From Camelus ferus (taxonomy: Eukaryota), in the NCBI RefSeq assembly GCF_009834535.1, contig NC_045697.1:80106001-80170000 (forward strand): 64,000 nucleotides of DNA, in the 5' to 3' direction. The notes under the pieces are model-generated. The model did not search any database, was not told the origin of the DNA, and saw only the letters and a list, made by a program, of their open reading frames with translations. Positions 1 through 13,468 of the stretch are shown here, in pieces. The position numbers were made by a program, and so were the translations under genes. How positions within the stretch are numbered: the first letter of the stretch is position 1; each line of letters opens with the position of its first letter.

Positions 1-420
1 ACCCCAGCTGCCAGTACTCTGTTTTGGGGGCCGCCTCACGCTGCATGTCCTCATACTGAGTTCTTCTTGCGCCACCTCAAGGTCAGTCCCCTTTCCCTGT
101 CCGCTTGGCCGTTGTGCCGCTTGCCCTGTGAATCTCTGCAAGTGCAGGCAGTACCAGAGCCGACCTGCTCCTCGCCTCTGCGCTGCCCCGGTGGACCGCT
201 TCGCACTCTTTGGGCCGGAGCAGGCGATGTAGGTCTCCTCGGTTACAGAGAACACGTGCTTACCGGGCAGGTGGCTTCCATGAAGCTCCCCGTGCTTCGC
301 TGGGGATTGAGAAGGGAGCTCACAGGACGTCAGCGGTCTCAGCAAGGTGCAGGCACCCTCAGTTTTCGAAAGTTCACTTCATGCCACGTCGCCTTTACGA
401 GACACCTACGTTAGTACCTG
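1..420. promoter_or_regulatory. CpG-rich island-like segment, truncated by the window edge
   Basis: About 26 CpGs counted by eye in 420 bp, high GC against a CpG-depleted background, CACGTG at 253-258. Confidence 0.4.
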
Positions 421-2096
421 TTTTCACTAGCTGAATTTAGGATTTTAGTGTATACGGGAAAAGGCAAAAATCAAAAATAGCGTTCAGTGTTTGTTTTGCA
501 GGAGCCCTTATAGGGGCAGCGCGTGTCCCCAGCCGCAAGAGCCCCACCTCCAAGCTCCTTCCCCCAGACTACACTTGGCATCTCAGCATCAGGCCACCAT
601 ACCTTTGAGCCGTGTCTGTGAGTATCTGTGCTTTTTTTCCTCCATTTATTTTGTGTACCCCTTAGCCAGATGTGACCTTTAGGGAACTGCGTCTTTGCTC
701 TGTGTCATTTCGGCTTACAAAGTTTTCCTGGGAACGCTGTACTTTCAGGTAGCAGAGGAAACTTGTACTCCACGCCGTCAGTCCCGGCTCTTCCCCCACC
801 GTCCCCTTTCTGTTTGATTCTTGCCGAGTGAGTGATGAGCTCGGGTTGCCAAACTGGTTTCACAAACTCAGCTTGTCCTGCATGGGGGGATGGCCAAGCA
901 CCTATGGTTCTTGCCCTTTGGGCCTTGCAAACACTCCAGGCTCTGAGTCAGCAGAAAAGTATCATTTAGCATCTGAGACACATGCATGCACACGCACTTG
1001 GTCACACTCACAGGTTCTCACACTCATACACATAGGCTCTCACACATTCATGCACAACATGGAGAAAGGACAAGATGACATCTGCTAGTACAAGAATTAA
1101 CTTTTATTCTTTTTCTATTTTTCTGTGCTTTCCAGGTTTTCTGCTTTGAAAATATACTCCTTTCACAAGTAACAAAACAGTGTATATTGTAAAATAGAAG
1201 GAAATAAAAGCAAAATAAATTTTATATAATACACCTGTTCCAATTTAGTAAAACTGTAATATGTCTAATGACCCATTAGACTCATTTCTATTTGTGAAAC
1301 GTCATAGTTTCATTCCTTACCTTGCAGAAATCCTTACTAACTTATGTCATAAAATAAGTGAAATATTTATATATTTTAAGTTATTGAACCTTAAAAAGGA
1401 GACCTTACAATTGTGCTGATTTCACATTTAGTTGAAAGTTCAGTTTGGAGCTTTATATTGCATTAGAAATTGTTGTGGCTCATAAATATTTATTTAGAAA
1501 ATCTGATTAATGCGTGAATGTTCTTCCTCTCCTTCAGATAATCACAACATAAGCCCAGAATCACGCATGTAACGTTAACAACTTCGCCCCCACCCTCTCA
1601 TCTCACCACAGACTGGGGCTTCTGAATGTGCTTTCATTCTGGCCTCGTATATCACAGCCACTTTGTCATCGCCAATGAGAGTTACAGGTGATCCTAAATT
1701 TGGCCAACAACTAACTCAACAAAACAGTCAAAAGGTTGATTGGAATTTCCACTTTCAAAATAAATTTTTGAAAACAATTTTTATAAACCAAATCTGAACT
1801 TGGGTTTACGTATAAGGAAGTTAATATTCTTAATTATCCATCCTTCTGCTTGTAATGGAATGTGAAGGTGACAGTGAATCACATCCCCTCTCCTGTGAGT
1901 TCTCAGCCAGATGGGGAAAAGTTTTAGGGGTAAAGATCAATTTTAATTTGGTAAGTAAAGTAGGATTAGGCAGGGGTTTGGAACCAAAATTAGGCTTCCT
2001 ACTCTGTTTCTACTTTTTTGTACTGACTTTTCCACCCAGTTTCAGGGTGGGTGAAGAGGCTTTGCCCTGATGACCTTTCTTTTCACGTGGTGGCAG

Positions 2097-2719
2097 TGTT
2101 TCTGAACCGAACTTGGGTCTGCTCACCCTTGTGCAGTAAAGCCAATCTACTGACACTGGGTTGTGGTGAAGGAAGGTGCAGCATTTTCTGCAGGCATAAA
2201 GCAAGGAGTCCAGGAAGCTAACGCTCAAAAGTCCCAAACTCCCTAATGGCTTTCAGGGAAAGATTTTTAAAGGCAGCGTGAGGGAGAGGGTTGTGGTGCG
2301 TGATCAGCTCATGGACATTCTTCTGACTGATTTGTGGTGAGGTAATTGGGAGTCACCATCACCAACCTTCAGATTCCAGCCAGTCTGGGGTCTATGTGCT
2401 TGTGGGCAGCATACAGTTAACTTCTGCCACCTGGGTGGGGTTTTAGTAACTGCAAAATAGTTCTAGGATATGGCTCAAGAATATTATCTATAGCCCTCGA
2501 GGAGGAACTAAAGGTCCTTAACTTTGTTTAATGGCTAAACTATTATTGTCATACTTGACTATTTTCCTTTGTTTCTGCATTTTCTCAGTTCTCTTGGAAC
2601 TCAGGGAAGGCCTAAGAAACTAAAGATTTTCTACAAATAAGAGGCAGGTGGTAGACATGGTGGGGAGCAGGGAGAGGGGTCTGTTCCTGGAAGGTCCCAT
2701 AGGATCCTGCTTGTTTACA
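2097..2719 (-). mobile_element. ERV1-class solo LTR, MER41-like (cetartiodactyl type)
   Basis: TG...CA termini and an imperfect 4-bp TSD (gcag/tcag). The minus strand begins TGTAAACAAGCAGGATCCTATGGGACCTTCC, like recalled artiodactyl MER41-type LTRs. Confidence 0.75.
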
Positions 2720-4011
2720 TCAGGGTATGTGTCCTGCAAGAAGACATGCATCCTGCAGACTGGCTGGACCTGCCAAGCAAAGTGAGAGTTAAAAAAAAAC
2801 AAAACAAAAAAAACACTGTCTTCAATAATTGTTCATTCATAGAGAACAGAGCTCTCTCTTGAGCAATATGAGGCTATTGTAGTAATAAATGTCATGGTTA
2901 CTACTAAACATGTCTGAATTTTTTTTCCCTGTTGCTGAAATGTCAGGACTCTGTAGATGAAATGAGGTGATTGATGGCTTGCCTCTTACGATATCCATGG
3001 TGGTTATTTGAATAGTGTTTTACTTAGGATTTTATGTATTTCCTTCCTTTGGATTAAATGAGTGGACTTAATGATCATTAAAATGAAGAGAGTAATTCAC
3101 GAGGAGTTTTAAAATAAGAGTTCGGTTTCAAGAAGAGCTAACAGCAGTGTTTATTGGTCTTCCTCTCTGGCTTAGAAATAAATGGAGTAAACAGATTATG
3201 GCCTCATGCCCTCCCCTGTCAGGGGAAGATCTGGTGACTGAGCTATCCTGGAAACAACCTATGCGTCCTGCAACAAACAGAAACTGATAAATAGAGGTCC
3301 TTTTTGATTCTGGCCTGGGTTCCACAATAGTGGTCTAAGATTTAGTGCAGAGAACCAAATTTATGTGTTGATCCAGGGTTTTGTATTAGGAGCCAGCTTG
3401 AATCAAGAGCAAAGCGCTGAGGAAAGGCCAAAAGCCTTGATGGGGAGGCAGGGCGGGAGGGGAGGACGACTGCTCCTCTGTTCTGCCTCTGTATCCACAA
3501 TGGGTGGGATTCTCCTTCACCCTCAGCCCCTGCATTAATTGAGCCAACCATGTTCTCCTGAGCTTCCTCGGTCTCGCAGAACATGGGCAGATGGGAATGA
3601 AGTTCTTTATCTTAAAGGAACAAGAAAGGCAGTGCCCCAGCAAATGCCTAATGCCCAGCACGTTTACATTCAGTAAATGCTATTTTACTAAATTGAAGTA
3701 GTTTGGAAAAGGCTGTTTGGGTCAGGGAGACCTTTGACTGTTTCACCACTGATTAGCACCTGAACCAGGTGGTGACGAGAAGGAGACTGAGATGGTGAAA
3801 TCAACACAAGCCTGGTAATTAATTCTTAAGGCTGGTGAAAATAGAGTTAACTAGTTTCAGCTGAAATGGAGTTTGAACTGTGGATAAGTATCCTTTCCGA
3901 CTCCTGGTCTTCTAAGCACAGGCGATTGAGAGGTGTCTGTGATACTATTTAGCACTCTGACCTTATCACATATTCATGTTAAGAAGAATTTAAAGCATTT
4001 TTTTCTCACAT

Positions 4012-4930
4012 TGTGATATTGTGATTTATAGTAAGAAATATATTTTAGATCTTTGTTCCTCAGCGCTCCTAAAACCCTTGGAATTTCCTAAATGATAAGA
4101 GCAATAAAGATGTCTTTTGTTATGCTAGTGAGATGACTTTTGGTAAGCACCTAAGCATGGGGAATTGGTTGCAGGTGGAGCCAACTAAGTGATTAGAGGA
4201 TTGGAACTTTTAGTCCCACCCCCTGACTTCCGGGGAGGGGAGAAATTCTGGAGGTTAAGTCAGTCACCAATGGCCAATCCATTTGTCAATCATGCCTATG
4301 TAATGAAGCCTCCATAAAAGCCCAAGGAGGCCTGGGTTTGGAGAACTTCCGGGTTGGTGAGCAAGTGGTGGTACTCGGAGAGGTCGGAGAAGCTTTGCAC
4401 CCTTTCTCCAGACCCTGCCCTACGCATGTATTCCACGCGGATATTCACCTGTATGCGTTATCACATCTTGTAAGAACAAACCAGCAAACGTAAGTAAAAT
4501 GTTTTTGTGAATTCTGTGTGCTGCTTTGGCAAATTACTCAAACCCAAGGAGAGGGTCGTTGGAAGCTGTAACGTTTAGCGGGTGGGTCAGAAGCACAGGT
4601 GACTACCTGGCTTTGGAATTGGCATCTGAAGCGGGGGAGAGGCGGCAGTCTGGTGGGACTGAGCCCTTTACCTGTGGGATCCGATGCTGTATCTAGGTAG
4701 ATGGTGTCAGAATTGAAATAAGTTGTAGGACACCCAGATGGCCTGGAGAATTGCTTGCTGTGGGAAAAACCCCAACGTAGTTGGTGATCAGAAGTGTGAG
4801 AAATGTGTTGTGTTATGCGTCGTTGAGTAGTAAAGGAGACACTCGGGAGAAAGGCTCATTGGAAGGAAAGACTGGGTTTTTCCTTCCAATAGGGAAGAAT
4901 TGTAGGTTTTGCCTTTAAAGGTGTAACAAG
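4012..4930 (+). mobile_element. MER21-family solo LTR
   Basis: TGTGATATTGTG start, gctcctaaaacccttggaat, tcatgcctatgtaatgaagcctccataaaa, gggactgagccc..cctgtgggatc..gtgtcagaattgaa. The 3' boundary is approximate. Confidence 0.8.
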
Positions 4931-4944
4931 AAATCATTGTAACA

Positions 4945-5140
4945 GCGAATGTTTGAGAGATTACCTGTCCAGCGCGGTCTTAAATACTTTATGTACATGG
5001 TTTCCTTTCATTCTCACTACAACCCTAAGTGGTAGATACTTTTATTACCCCTATTTCATAGTCACAAAAACTGGGCCATATCCAAGCACACATACCTAAT
5101 AAGAGGCAGTGCTATCTGATTGCGGAGCCCAAGAGTTGAA
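4945..5140 (-). mobile_element. MIR SINE fragment
   Basis: tcattctcactacaaccctaagtggtagatacttttattacccctatttcatag resembles the antisense MIR core. Confidence 0.6.
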
Positions 5141-5363
5141 TTATTCATCCTCCATACTCCAATAGCATGTTCATTTTTAAAGAAAATATGGTGAACGGAT
5201 TTCTCTTTTGCGAAAGTGAATTTGTGAGTTTCTTTCCTTCATGGGATTAGAGTGGGATGAAATATTTAATTGAGGGCTTAGACCTCCCATTCTATGTCGA
5301 TAACTCAGTCATTAAAGCAACTCTCCCTGGACAGTCTTTATCAAATTAGTTGGCAATAAAGTA

Positions 5364-5601
5364 CATGCAGACCACGTTTTATTGCACTTAGATTCCCTGG
5401 GCTTCACAGATACTGCATTTTTTCTTTTACAAATTGAAAGTTTGTGGCAACCCTACGTCAGGCGAGTCTTTCCAGCACCGTTTTTCCAACTGCGTTTGCT
5501 CACTTCCTGACTGTCACATTTTGGTAATTCTCACAGTATTTCAAATCTATTATATTTATTATGGTGATCGGTGATCAGTGTTTTTTTTTCTATGTTACTA
5601 C
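5364..5601 (+). mobile_element. Tigger1-family DNA transposon, left-end fragment
   Basis: TA followed by cgttttattgc..ttttacaaattgaaagtttgtggcaaccct..gtcacattttggtaattctc..tatggtgatcggtgatcagtg. Confidence 0.88.
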
Positions 5602-6630
5602 TATCTCCTGTGAGGTTAGATAGATAGCAACTGTGGGCTGCCATCGTGCACCACACTGAATCCTTTTCTGCCCTTTCTGCTCCGTAATTCAACAAATCGT
5701 AAACATTTCTCTAGCAAGTGCTAAAGAAGGCAGCAGAGAGCTCAGAGCAGGCAACTCAGGTCACCTGGGGGCATGCCAATAGCTGTGCCTATTGACAGTG
5801 TCGGAAAGCCCAATTAGGCTCCAGAAAGTTCCCTTGAGCGATCCGGTGTTGACTTTTGTGAGGCCTCACCAGTGCAGGGTGCCTGCAGAAGGGCTCATTA
5901 GCTCCAGGAAGGCTCTTTTGCTGTTCAACTGCACCCCTAGCTCAGAAACCTCAAACTCGTGGCAGGTAGAGGCTGTCAGCAGTTGGGGGAAATCTTTTCC
6001 TTTGGTTTCAGTGCACAAGGTTTAGCAACCTCTTCAGTCACCTGTGAAGAAACTGAAAATCTACAGTAAACTGCAGCCAACTCACCCATTTGTAATGGCT
6101 GTGGCCATGAACGCTATTGCTGTAGGGTTCCAGGCACCTTAGAGCCCTTTTGGGCTTTAGTCTCCCTACTTAAATAGAGAATCTGTGTTTTCCCCCCACA
6201 GGTCTTGCCCTTTTCTCTATTCTATGTGATAACATCTAAAAATAACGGGTCACATTTACTATCACTATTTGTTTTAGTTTGTTTGGTTTGCCCTGCAACG
6301 ACCTTTTAAGTATATTTTTCCTATTGAGATGAGTAAATCAGGGAAGCATAATAAGAACTGGGGTGTAAGGATGAGATTGTAATTTTGGACTGATTGGGCA
6401 GGGAAGGTCTCACTAAGGTGACACGAGTAAAGACTTGAAGGAGGCAAGAGTAAGTCTTACAGCTACATGGGGAAAAACAACTGGTCAGAGAGAAGAATGT
6501 GGGTATTTACATATATGTAAATATATATACATTTATTTATATATCTATAGGCTGATTCCTTTTGGTCTTTGTGTTGCAAAGGGAGACAATAATTATGTAA
6601 TGATTGGCTGTTTTTATGATTAAAACCTAT

Positions 6631-6981
6631 TGCAATGGACGGTGAGTTTGGGTTCCCCTAGAATTCCTCTGCTGAGACTAATCCCTGTATGAAGGTGTTT
6701 GGAGATGGGGTCTTTGGGAGGTAATTAGGCGATGAGGGTGGAACCCTTATGCATGGGGTTAGTGCCCCTATAGGAAGAGACTAGGCTCTTTGGCCCCATG
6801 TGAGGATACAACCAGAAGTCAGCAGTCTGTAACCTAGAAGAGGGCTCTCCCCAGAATCCAACCATGCTGGCACCGTGATCTCAGATCTCCAGCCTCTAGA
6901 ACTGTGAGAAACAAATTTCTGTTGTTCATAAGCTGCCCAGACTATGATAATTTGTTATTAGTAGCCCAAAAGGATGGGATA
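6631..6981 (+). mobile_element. MaLR solo LTR (MLT1A-like)
   Basis: gggtctttgggaggtaattagg..ccatgctggcacc..tccagcctctagaactgtgagaaacaaatttctgttg. Perfect 5-bp TSD CCTAT at 6626-6630 and 6982-6986. Confidence 0.9.
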
Positions 6982-9089
6982 CCTATAAAATTAACTAATT
7001 GGTTTGGAAGGCTAAAACATTGTGAAGAAATCTCAAAAGAGTTGGTCTAAAATTGCTGTGTTTATACAAACAGACTTGACTATTTTATTTGAAAGCATTG
7101 TTAAATTCAGCTAGAACAAAATACTGTATTTTATCAAATAACTGATTTAACTACATTTCATTTTGAAGTAATTTTTTTTTATGGCAAGTAACAGAAAAGG
7201 TTCTCTGTACAGAGAAAAAATGAAGATACAAGGCAATGATCAATAAATTCAGGTAAAAGAAAATTTAAGTGGGTGATCTCATTAAATGTTCTTCAATGAA
7301 ATAAATTTTAAAAAATAAATCAAATCAGGTGAAAGTCTTCAAGGACAAATTAATCTGACTTGGTTTTCCAGCCTCTGTTTGAGTCAAAGAAATGTAATAA
7401 TTTGAAAATATTTCGTTTTATAAGCCTAATATGATCCACCCCTGAATCTTCTATTAATGACTGAGAAACCGTTTTGTGTGTGGAAGCAGGAATTCTGGTC
7501 ATCTCCTCCGTATCTGGATAACCACACTGGGAAATCCTTCAGTGCCTATGCAATTATTAACTGTTTTCCAATATGAGACGCTATAGGGAAGGAAATAGTA
7601 AGAAAGCAAGGATGCTGTGTTTGCTCAATGGTGACATTGTCAAAGTCCCAGGAAGAGACTTTGACATATCTTCTTGTGTTGGAGAGGGGTCCCCCCTCTG
7701 CTCTGGGCTTGCCTTGGGTCCATGCACACCCTCACTGTCTTTGAAGGTCAGTGCAGTTTGTGCACTCAGCAAGTGTTCAGGAAACTTTTCAAGAAAAGTG
7801 AACACAACGATTACTTTAGTCTTAGAGTTCAAAGGCTGGTTCTATCATTTCGAGTAAGTGACAGCACAAAGAGAGTGCAGTAGGAAAATCCAAAGTCTGG
7901 TATCAAGGCTCTCTGGCAGTGCACAGAAGCTTCCAGGTGGGGCTCTGCAGTCAAGTCAGGCCTGACCTTGCAGGCTCCGCTCCTGCCGAGGCATTTGTGC
8001 ATTTAAGGCCACAAAAGGTTATGAGCCACTAGGCATTTTGAATCTCTCATTGAAACATTGCTAACTTCCAGATAAGAATGTCTCTTTCATTTTCCTAGCT
8101 CTTTTCAAACACATCTGGCGTTTGTTACTGGTTTGGGACAACAGCATTGAAATGGCCTCTTCTTTTGTAGAGATCTCAGGAATCTGCCAGGATTTTCAGG
8201 GACTTCATGCTCTTCAGTGGTGGTTGAAAATGTTTTCTCTACTTTTCTGTGTTTGTTTGTTTCCCCCCAAATGGTACTATGTGGCTTGTCAGCTAAGTGG
8301 TTCTATCTGGTGTGTTGTTCTTAATGATTCTCTGTGGCACCTTTTCCATTTCTCACTCCCTGATCACCAGAAGTTAATAACAGTAGAACTCTAAACAAAT
8401 GAGCCACTATTTCCAAGGGACCGTTTCTGCCAGCATTAGATTATTTTTGTATTGTATGAGATGGTTGCCTAGGAGGCTTTTATTTTCAGTAACCACAGTT
8501 TTTGTTGTTTCTTGATTTCATGGATGGTAGAAGAAAAAGCAGTTTGGGACTATATGTAGAAAAATTGTCTTTAAAATCCTCAGTTATGTAGCATATGATT
8601 TCCTATAAAATTCTTTCTGTGAAACACAGAAGAGCCTTTTAATGGAAGTAATCACAAGTGCTTAGTATAAAGTTAATAGTAAAGAGATATTTTCTAAACT
8701 AAATCTCATATCCTCAGGTCTGTTTAAGTTCAGGGGGTGAACTAACCATAAGGCTATGATTTCAGCCTGTGGACTGTTTATTTGCTTGAAAAAGTCTCTA
8801 ATAATGGACAATGACTTTCAACCAATGTAGAGAGATTTGTTTGAATTGTATGAAATAAGTGGATTTTGCCGGTCTAAAAATGGTGGACTGTCAGCAATTT
8901 TATAGGGTCTGATTTAATACAAGACATAAAGTGGTAGAAGTTAAAAAAAAAAAAAAAAGTACAATACGAGATCCTTCAAAGACCCAGATAAGTGGAGAGA
9001 GGGGATCTATAAGGATAACATAGAGCAACTGGGCAAACATGGGTCGATTCTCCACACTGGCTGCTCTTTTGCATTGGTTCAAAATTTAA

Positions 9090-9660
9090 TTAAGATACAT
9101 GCACCCCAGTGTTCATAGCACTGTATACAATAGCCGAGACATGGAAGCAACCTAAATGTCCATTGACAGATGACTGGATAAAGAAGATGTGGTGTGTGTG
9201 TGTACACACACACCACAGAATACTACTCAGCTGTAAAAAATAATGAAATAATGCCATTTGCAGCAACATAGATAGACCTAGAGATTGTCATACTGGGTGA
9301 AGTAAGCCAGAAAGAAAGAAAAATACCATATGATGTCATTTATATGTGGAATCTAAAAAAAAAAAAAAAGACAGGTGAACTTACTTATGAAACAGACAGG
9401 CTCACAGACATAGAAAACAGACTAGGGGTAAGGTGGAAGAGGTTGGGAAGGGATAAGTTGGGAGTTTGGGATTTGTAGATATTACTACTATATATAAAGT
9501 AGATAAACAACAAGGTCCTACTGTATAGCACAGGGAACTATGTTCAATACCTTGTAATGGCCTACAATGAAAAGGAATATATATATGTATGACTGAAACA
9601 CTATGCTGTACACCAGAAATTAACACAACGTTATAAATCAACTACACTTCAATAAAATTA
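9090..9660 (+). mobile_element. 5'-truncated L1 (ORF2 end plus 3'UTR)
   Basis: gatacatgcaccccagtgttcatagca..cctaaatgtccattgacaga..aatgccatttgcagcaaca..cttcaataaaa. Confidence 0.92.
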
Positions 9661-9689
9661 CTGCTTTCTGCTTTTGGGGAACATTTCTA

Positions 9690-9890
9690 ATGAACTAGGC
9701 ACTGTGCTAACTAATCTCTGTATAATCTATATATGCTGTCTAGAGATACATGCTGTCAGTAATCTGTGAGGTATTTTTAGCTTCATTTTTAGAGATGAGG
9801 GAATTGAAGTTCCTGTAGTCAAAATAACTCCCAAGGCCACACAACATTTCAGTCTGGTGTAGTCTGATCTAAAATTTCTGCCCTGAATCA
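9690..9890 (-). mobile_element. MIR SINE fragment
   Basis: aggcactgtgctaa..cattttagagatgagggaattgaag..cccaaggccacaca. Confidence 0.55.
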
Positions 9891-11689
9891 TTATGCCATT
9901 TTTTGTCTTGTGACCAAAAAGCAAGAGAAGGCCTAGGTACTGGGGGAGTTTTGTGGGTGCTCTGCTTTTTGAATTATTGAGAAAGATTCCACACCCAAAA
10001 GTGAATTCTACACTGTTTCTCTTTATCAGGTGATTCATCTTTCTTTCTATATCAGAGCTTTAAAACCACCAGGTGTCAGAGTTATGCAGGTTTTAAAAGA
10101 AATTATCCCATTTCCTGCTATACCTCTGAGATTAGACTGTCTTATTTATAGCTAGAGTCTAAATTTCAAAAGCCACCCTTTATTTTTCTACCAAGGATGC
10201 ATCAAAGGTAGAACATAGCTCAGCTGCGAGGGCTGTGGATGGCTAGGAATGGGGCAGGAGGATGCTAAGGAGACAAGAGGTTTTCCATTCCCTTTTCTTG
10301 GTGGGATAGTGGAAATATCTTAATGTTTCCTTCCAGGGTCCTTGTGCATTAAGAACGTTTTAGGAGATGGTGAATGATAAACTCTCCCAAATTACCGTAT
10401 TTCTGTTTCCAACTTGTATCCAATTCATGTTTTAAAAAAATAAATAGAATTCAGTATATTATAAAAAGGGAAACAATGTGAAAAGGAAGAGAAAGGGCTT
10501 TTTAAAAATTAAGGCCTTGAAAAAATCTATAATATGTGGGTTCAAAAATGTGTCTTCAAACGTGAAAGTTTAGATTCAGAAGCTTTATAAGCTGTGAGAA
10601 TGCCTTTAACTTCCCACCTCTCACCCTCACTCACACACACACACATGCCTCCTTCATGTCTAAGCTTGCCCTTTGCCTTGGACATCTCAAATTTGGATCT
10701 CATAAGCTAAATTTCATTTTCAAAATCTCTTTCTAACCCATCCTTCTAGAAGAAATCTGGTGCAGTGGATAGTGCGGTGTTGAGATGTGGTGAACTGGTT
10801 GGGTGGCAGTGTTGCTTCCTGTGTGGTTCTGGCCCCTCTAAAGGAACCATGAATTTTCCTAGAAGCTTGTGGGAGAAACCACCTCTACTTTTCCAGGAGG
10901 TTGGTTTATTGATTCATTCATTAGACTATTGGTTCTTCATTGTCTGCCTAAGTCAGGCATTTTGCCAAGAGCTGTGGATACACAGATGGTCTTCACATAA
11001 TTCCTACCCTCAAGGAAATGACAGAGGTATTCAGACAAGTAAAGTGTCAATGACAGTACTGTTGGAGGCTATAAAAGGAGTGTGGGGGCACAGGGTGCTA
11101 GACTACACCAGATGGGCTCAGGTGAAGCGTCTGCCTGAGGTGCTGAAGTTATAGGGTTCTTTGCCTGGAAACCTGAGCCCTAGTGGAGTGGTATTGCCTC
11201 CTGGGTACTTTCCATCACGTGCAGTACTTCTGCAATTGATCAAATAAATGCATCTTCCTCAACTGACAGCAGACAAATGTGAAGAGAGGTGAGGAACAAC
11301 AGAGAAAGAGAAATGAGTACATCTCCGTAACTATGAACACTTCCATTCGTATGTTGTCAATCATGGAGAGAACAGCCAGCCATAGGAACTGTTGTGGCCA
11401 AAGGAATTATATGCACTAAAGGAAGGAGGGAGTTTGAGTGATGTGTCAAAGAATTAATGGCCATCTCTACTATTCAGATAAAAAAAAAATCCATCAGCCC
11501 TCTATTCTGTTTCTCAGTGGCTAATGAACCACGGAAAACTCCATTTCTGTACGGCAAGTTGGCTATAAGGAGTGCTTAGGAGGCAATTACCAGCAGCTAA
11601 CACCTAGAGTTAGTTAAATATTTCCTGGCATGGTATAAATCACCCTAAATGGAGTAGGTCCTTGTCCTTTTCGTTTGTTTTGTAACATG

Positions 11690-11865
11690 GAATCCAAGGA
11701 GTAGCTGCATCGGAATCATGCAGGGTGCTTGTCACGAGAGAATGTTCTTGATCTCTCTTCCAGATCTACTGATTCTGAATTCTTTGCTTAATGACCCCAA
11801 ATGTACATCTTAAAAAAATAAAATTCAGTGATGTTTATGCACACCACAGTTTGGGGAGTACTGTG
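11690..11865. mobile_element. MER5-like hAT MITE
   Basis: tgcatcggaatca..agatctactgattctgaa..gtgatgtttatgcacaccacagtttggggagtactg. Confidence 0.5.
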
Positions 11866-13086
11866 ATGGCAGTTTACAATATTAGACTACAATCTGGCAC
11901 ACATATAATACATATAACAATATATATAAAGGAAGAGCTTATTGAGATATAAGAGATCATTTAACCCATGATAATAAATGTGGATTAAAAGAATAATACT
12001 CATAATATTGCAGTCCTGGAAACCACTGAAACACAATTTATATTGAGAAAAATTCATGAAGAAAACAAAGTGGTGTTTCAGAGTTTCTTCTTCTTGGATC
12101 TGCTAAGTTTACAAAAAAAATTAGCTGGATATCAGAAGAATTAGGCAGTCTAAAAATTGCTCTTTACTAAATTTGCTGAATTATAAAATAGTTCCAACCA
12201 TGTGGCATGGAACTTCTAGACATGTTGCATGTATAAATGGTAAGAGGAACGTTTACCATCAGTGAGGACAGAGACATGCCTTTCAGCGAAGGAGCAAACT
12301 ACTTTAAATATGCTATATGCCTCTCAGCATTAGAATCCTTCTTGCTAATAAGCATTAAGCCCAGAGATGCTAATTGCAGTCTCAAATCCAGGAGCTTTAA
12401 GTAGATTTTCCTATGGGCTTAGTTGGCTTTTGTGCTACGTGTCTTGCTAGTGGTAAGTTCAAGGACTACTTCATAGACACTAAAGGCACCTTGGTATAAG
12501 TACAAACTTCACACCAGAGCCAATTTTATTCCATGATAATAGTCAGCATCTGGGGTGAGGCGGTGTCCTATTACAACCAAGAAGAATTGTACAAATTTCA
12601 TCAGCAGTTTTACGAGTAATTTTCTTAATTATCCAAGCCTAGGTTAATGGACTTGCAGATTTAGACTCTCACCGTTCCTTGGCCACTATTCACTGCAGGT
12701 GCTGATTCCTCCCTCCCTTGCTCCACCTCTCCCTCTTTCCTGGGGTTAAGTGTCAAATTTTTCTAGCCGTCCCTGCTAAACAAAGAATTCTGGATTATGA
12801 TCCTACATTGGCTGAAGCTAAATTTGATGAATGAGATAGTTGGGGAAAAAAAAAAACCCCGGAAGGTTCAAAAGTCTGTATCCAGTTTTTAGATTTTCAT
12901 ATCATGGGAAGAAAGAAAGAGTGATGGGGAAAGGGAAAAAGGAGAAGGAGAGAATGGTGTAAATATGAAGTGAAAGCAAGATTATGCCAGCTGGAAACAT
13001 CAGATGACAGAATCATTTTACACAGGTCAAACTCGAAGAGGAAACATTTTTACCTGTGATTAGGAGTAACTTTTTTTTTCCCTTCG

Positions 13087-13468
13087 TGTGATAAGTTGAA
13101 TTATGTTAAGGATGTTGAAGTCCTAACCCCCAGTATCTGTGAATGTGAACTTACTTGGAAATAGGGTCTTTGCAGATGATCACATTTAGATGAGGTCATT
13201 AGGTTGGGCCCTATCCCATATGGCTGGTGTCCATAAAAAGAGGAAATCTGGGCTAGAGAGAAAACAATGTGAAGACACAGGGAGAATGCCTGAGGCTACC
13301 AGAAACAAGAAGAGACATGGAACAGATTCCAGACCACAGAAGGAACCAGCCCTTCCAACACTTTGATTTCTGACTTTCAGCCTACAAAACCATGAGACAA
13401 TACTTTTTTGTGGATTAAGCCATCCAGTTCATGGCGCTGTGTTATGGCAGCCCCAGGAAATGAGCATA
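13087..13468 (+). mobile_element. MaLR solo LTR (MLT1B/C-like)
   Basis: gaagtcctaacccccagtatctgtgaatgtga..ggaaatagggtctttgcagatg..gaaggaaccagccct..gttatggcagccccaggaaa. Confidence 0.85.

Noticed and set aside
67..434. Overlapping ORFs in the GC-rich start
   Set aside because: Non-ATG starts, no recognisable homology, and expected by chance at high GC.
6504..6545. 20-bp AT palindrome and (TA)/(CA)/(GA) runs (also ~980-1060, 27470-27505, 63915-63960)
   Set aside because: Low-complexity microsatellite-like sequence where self-complementarity is trivial.
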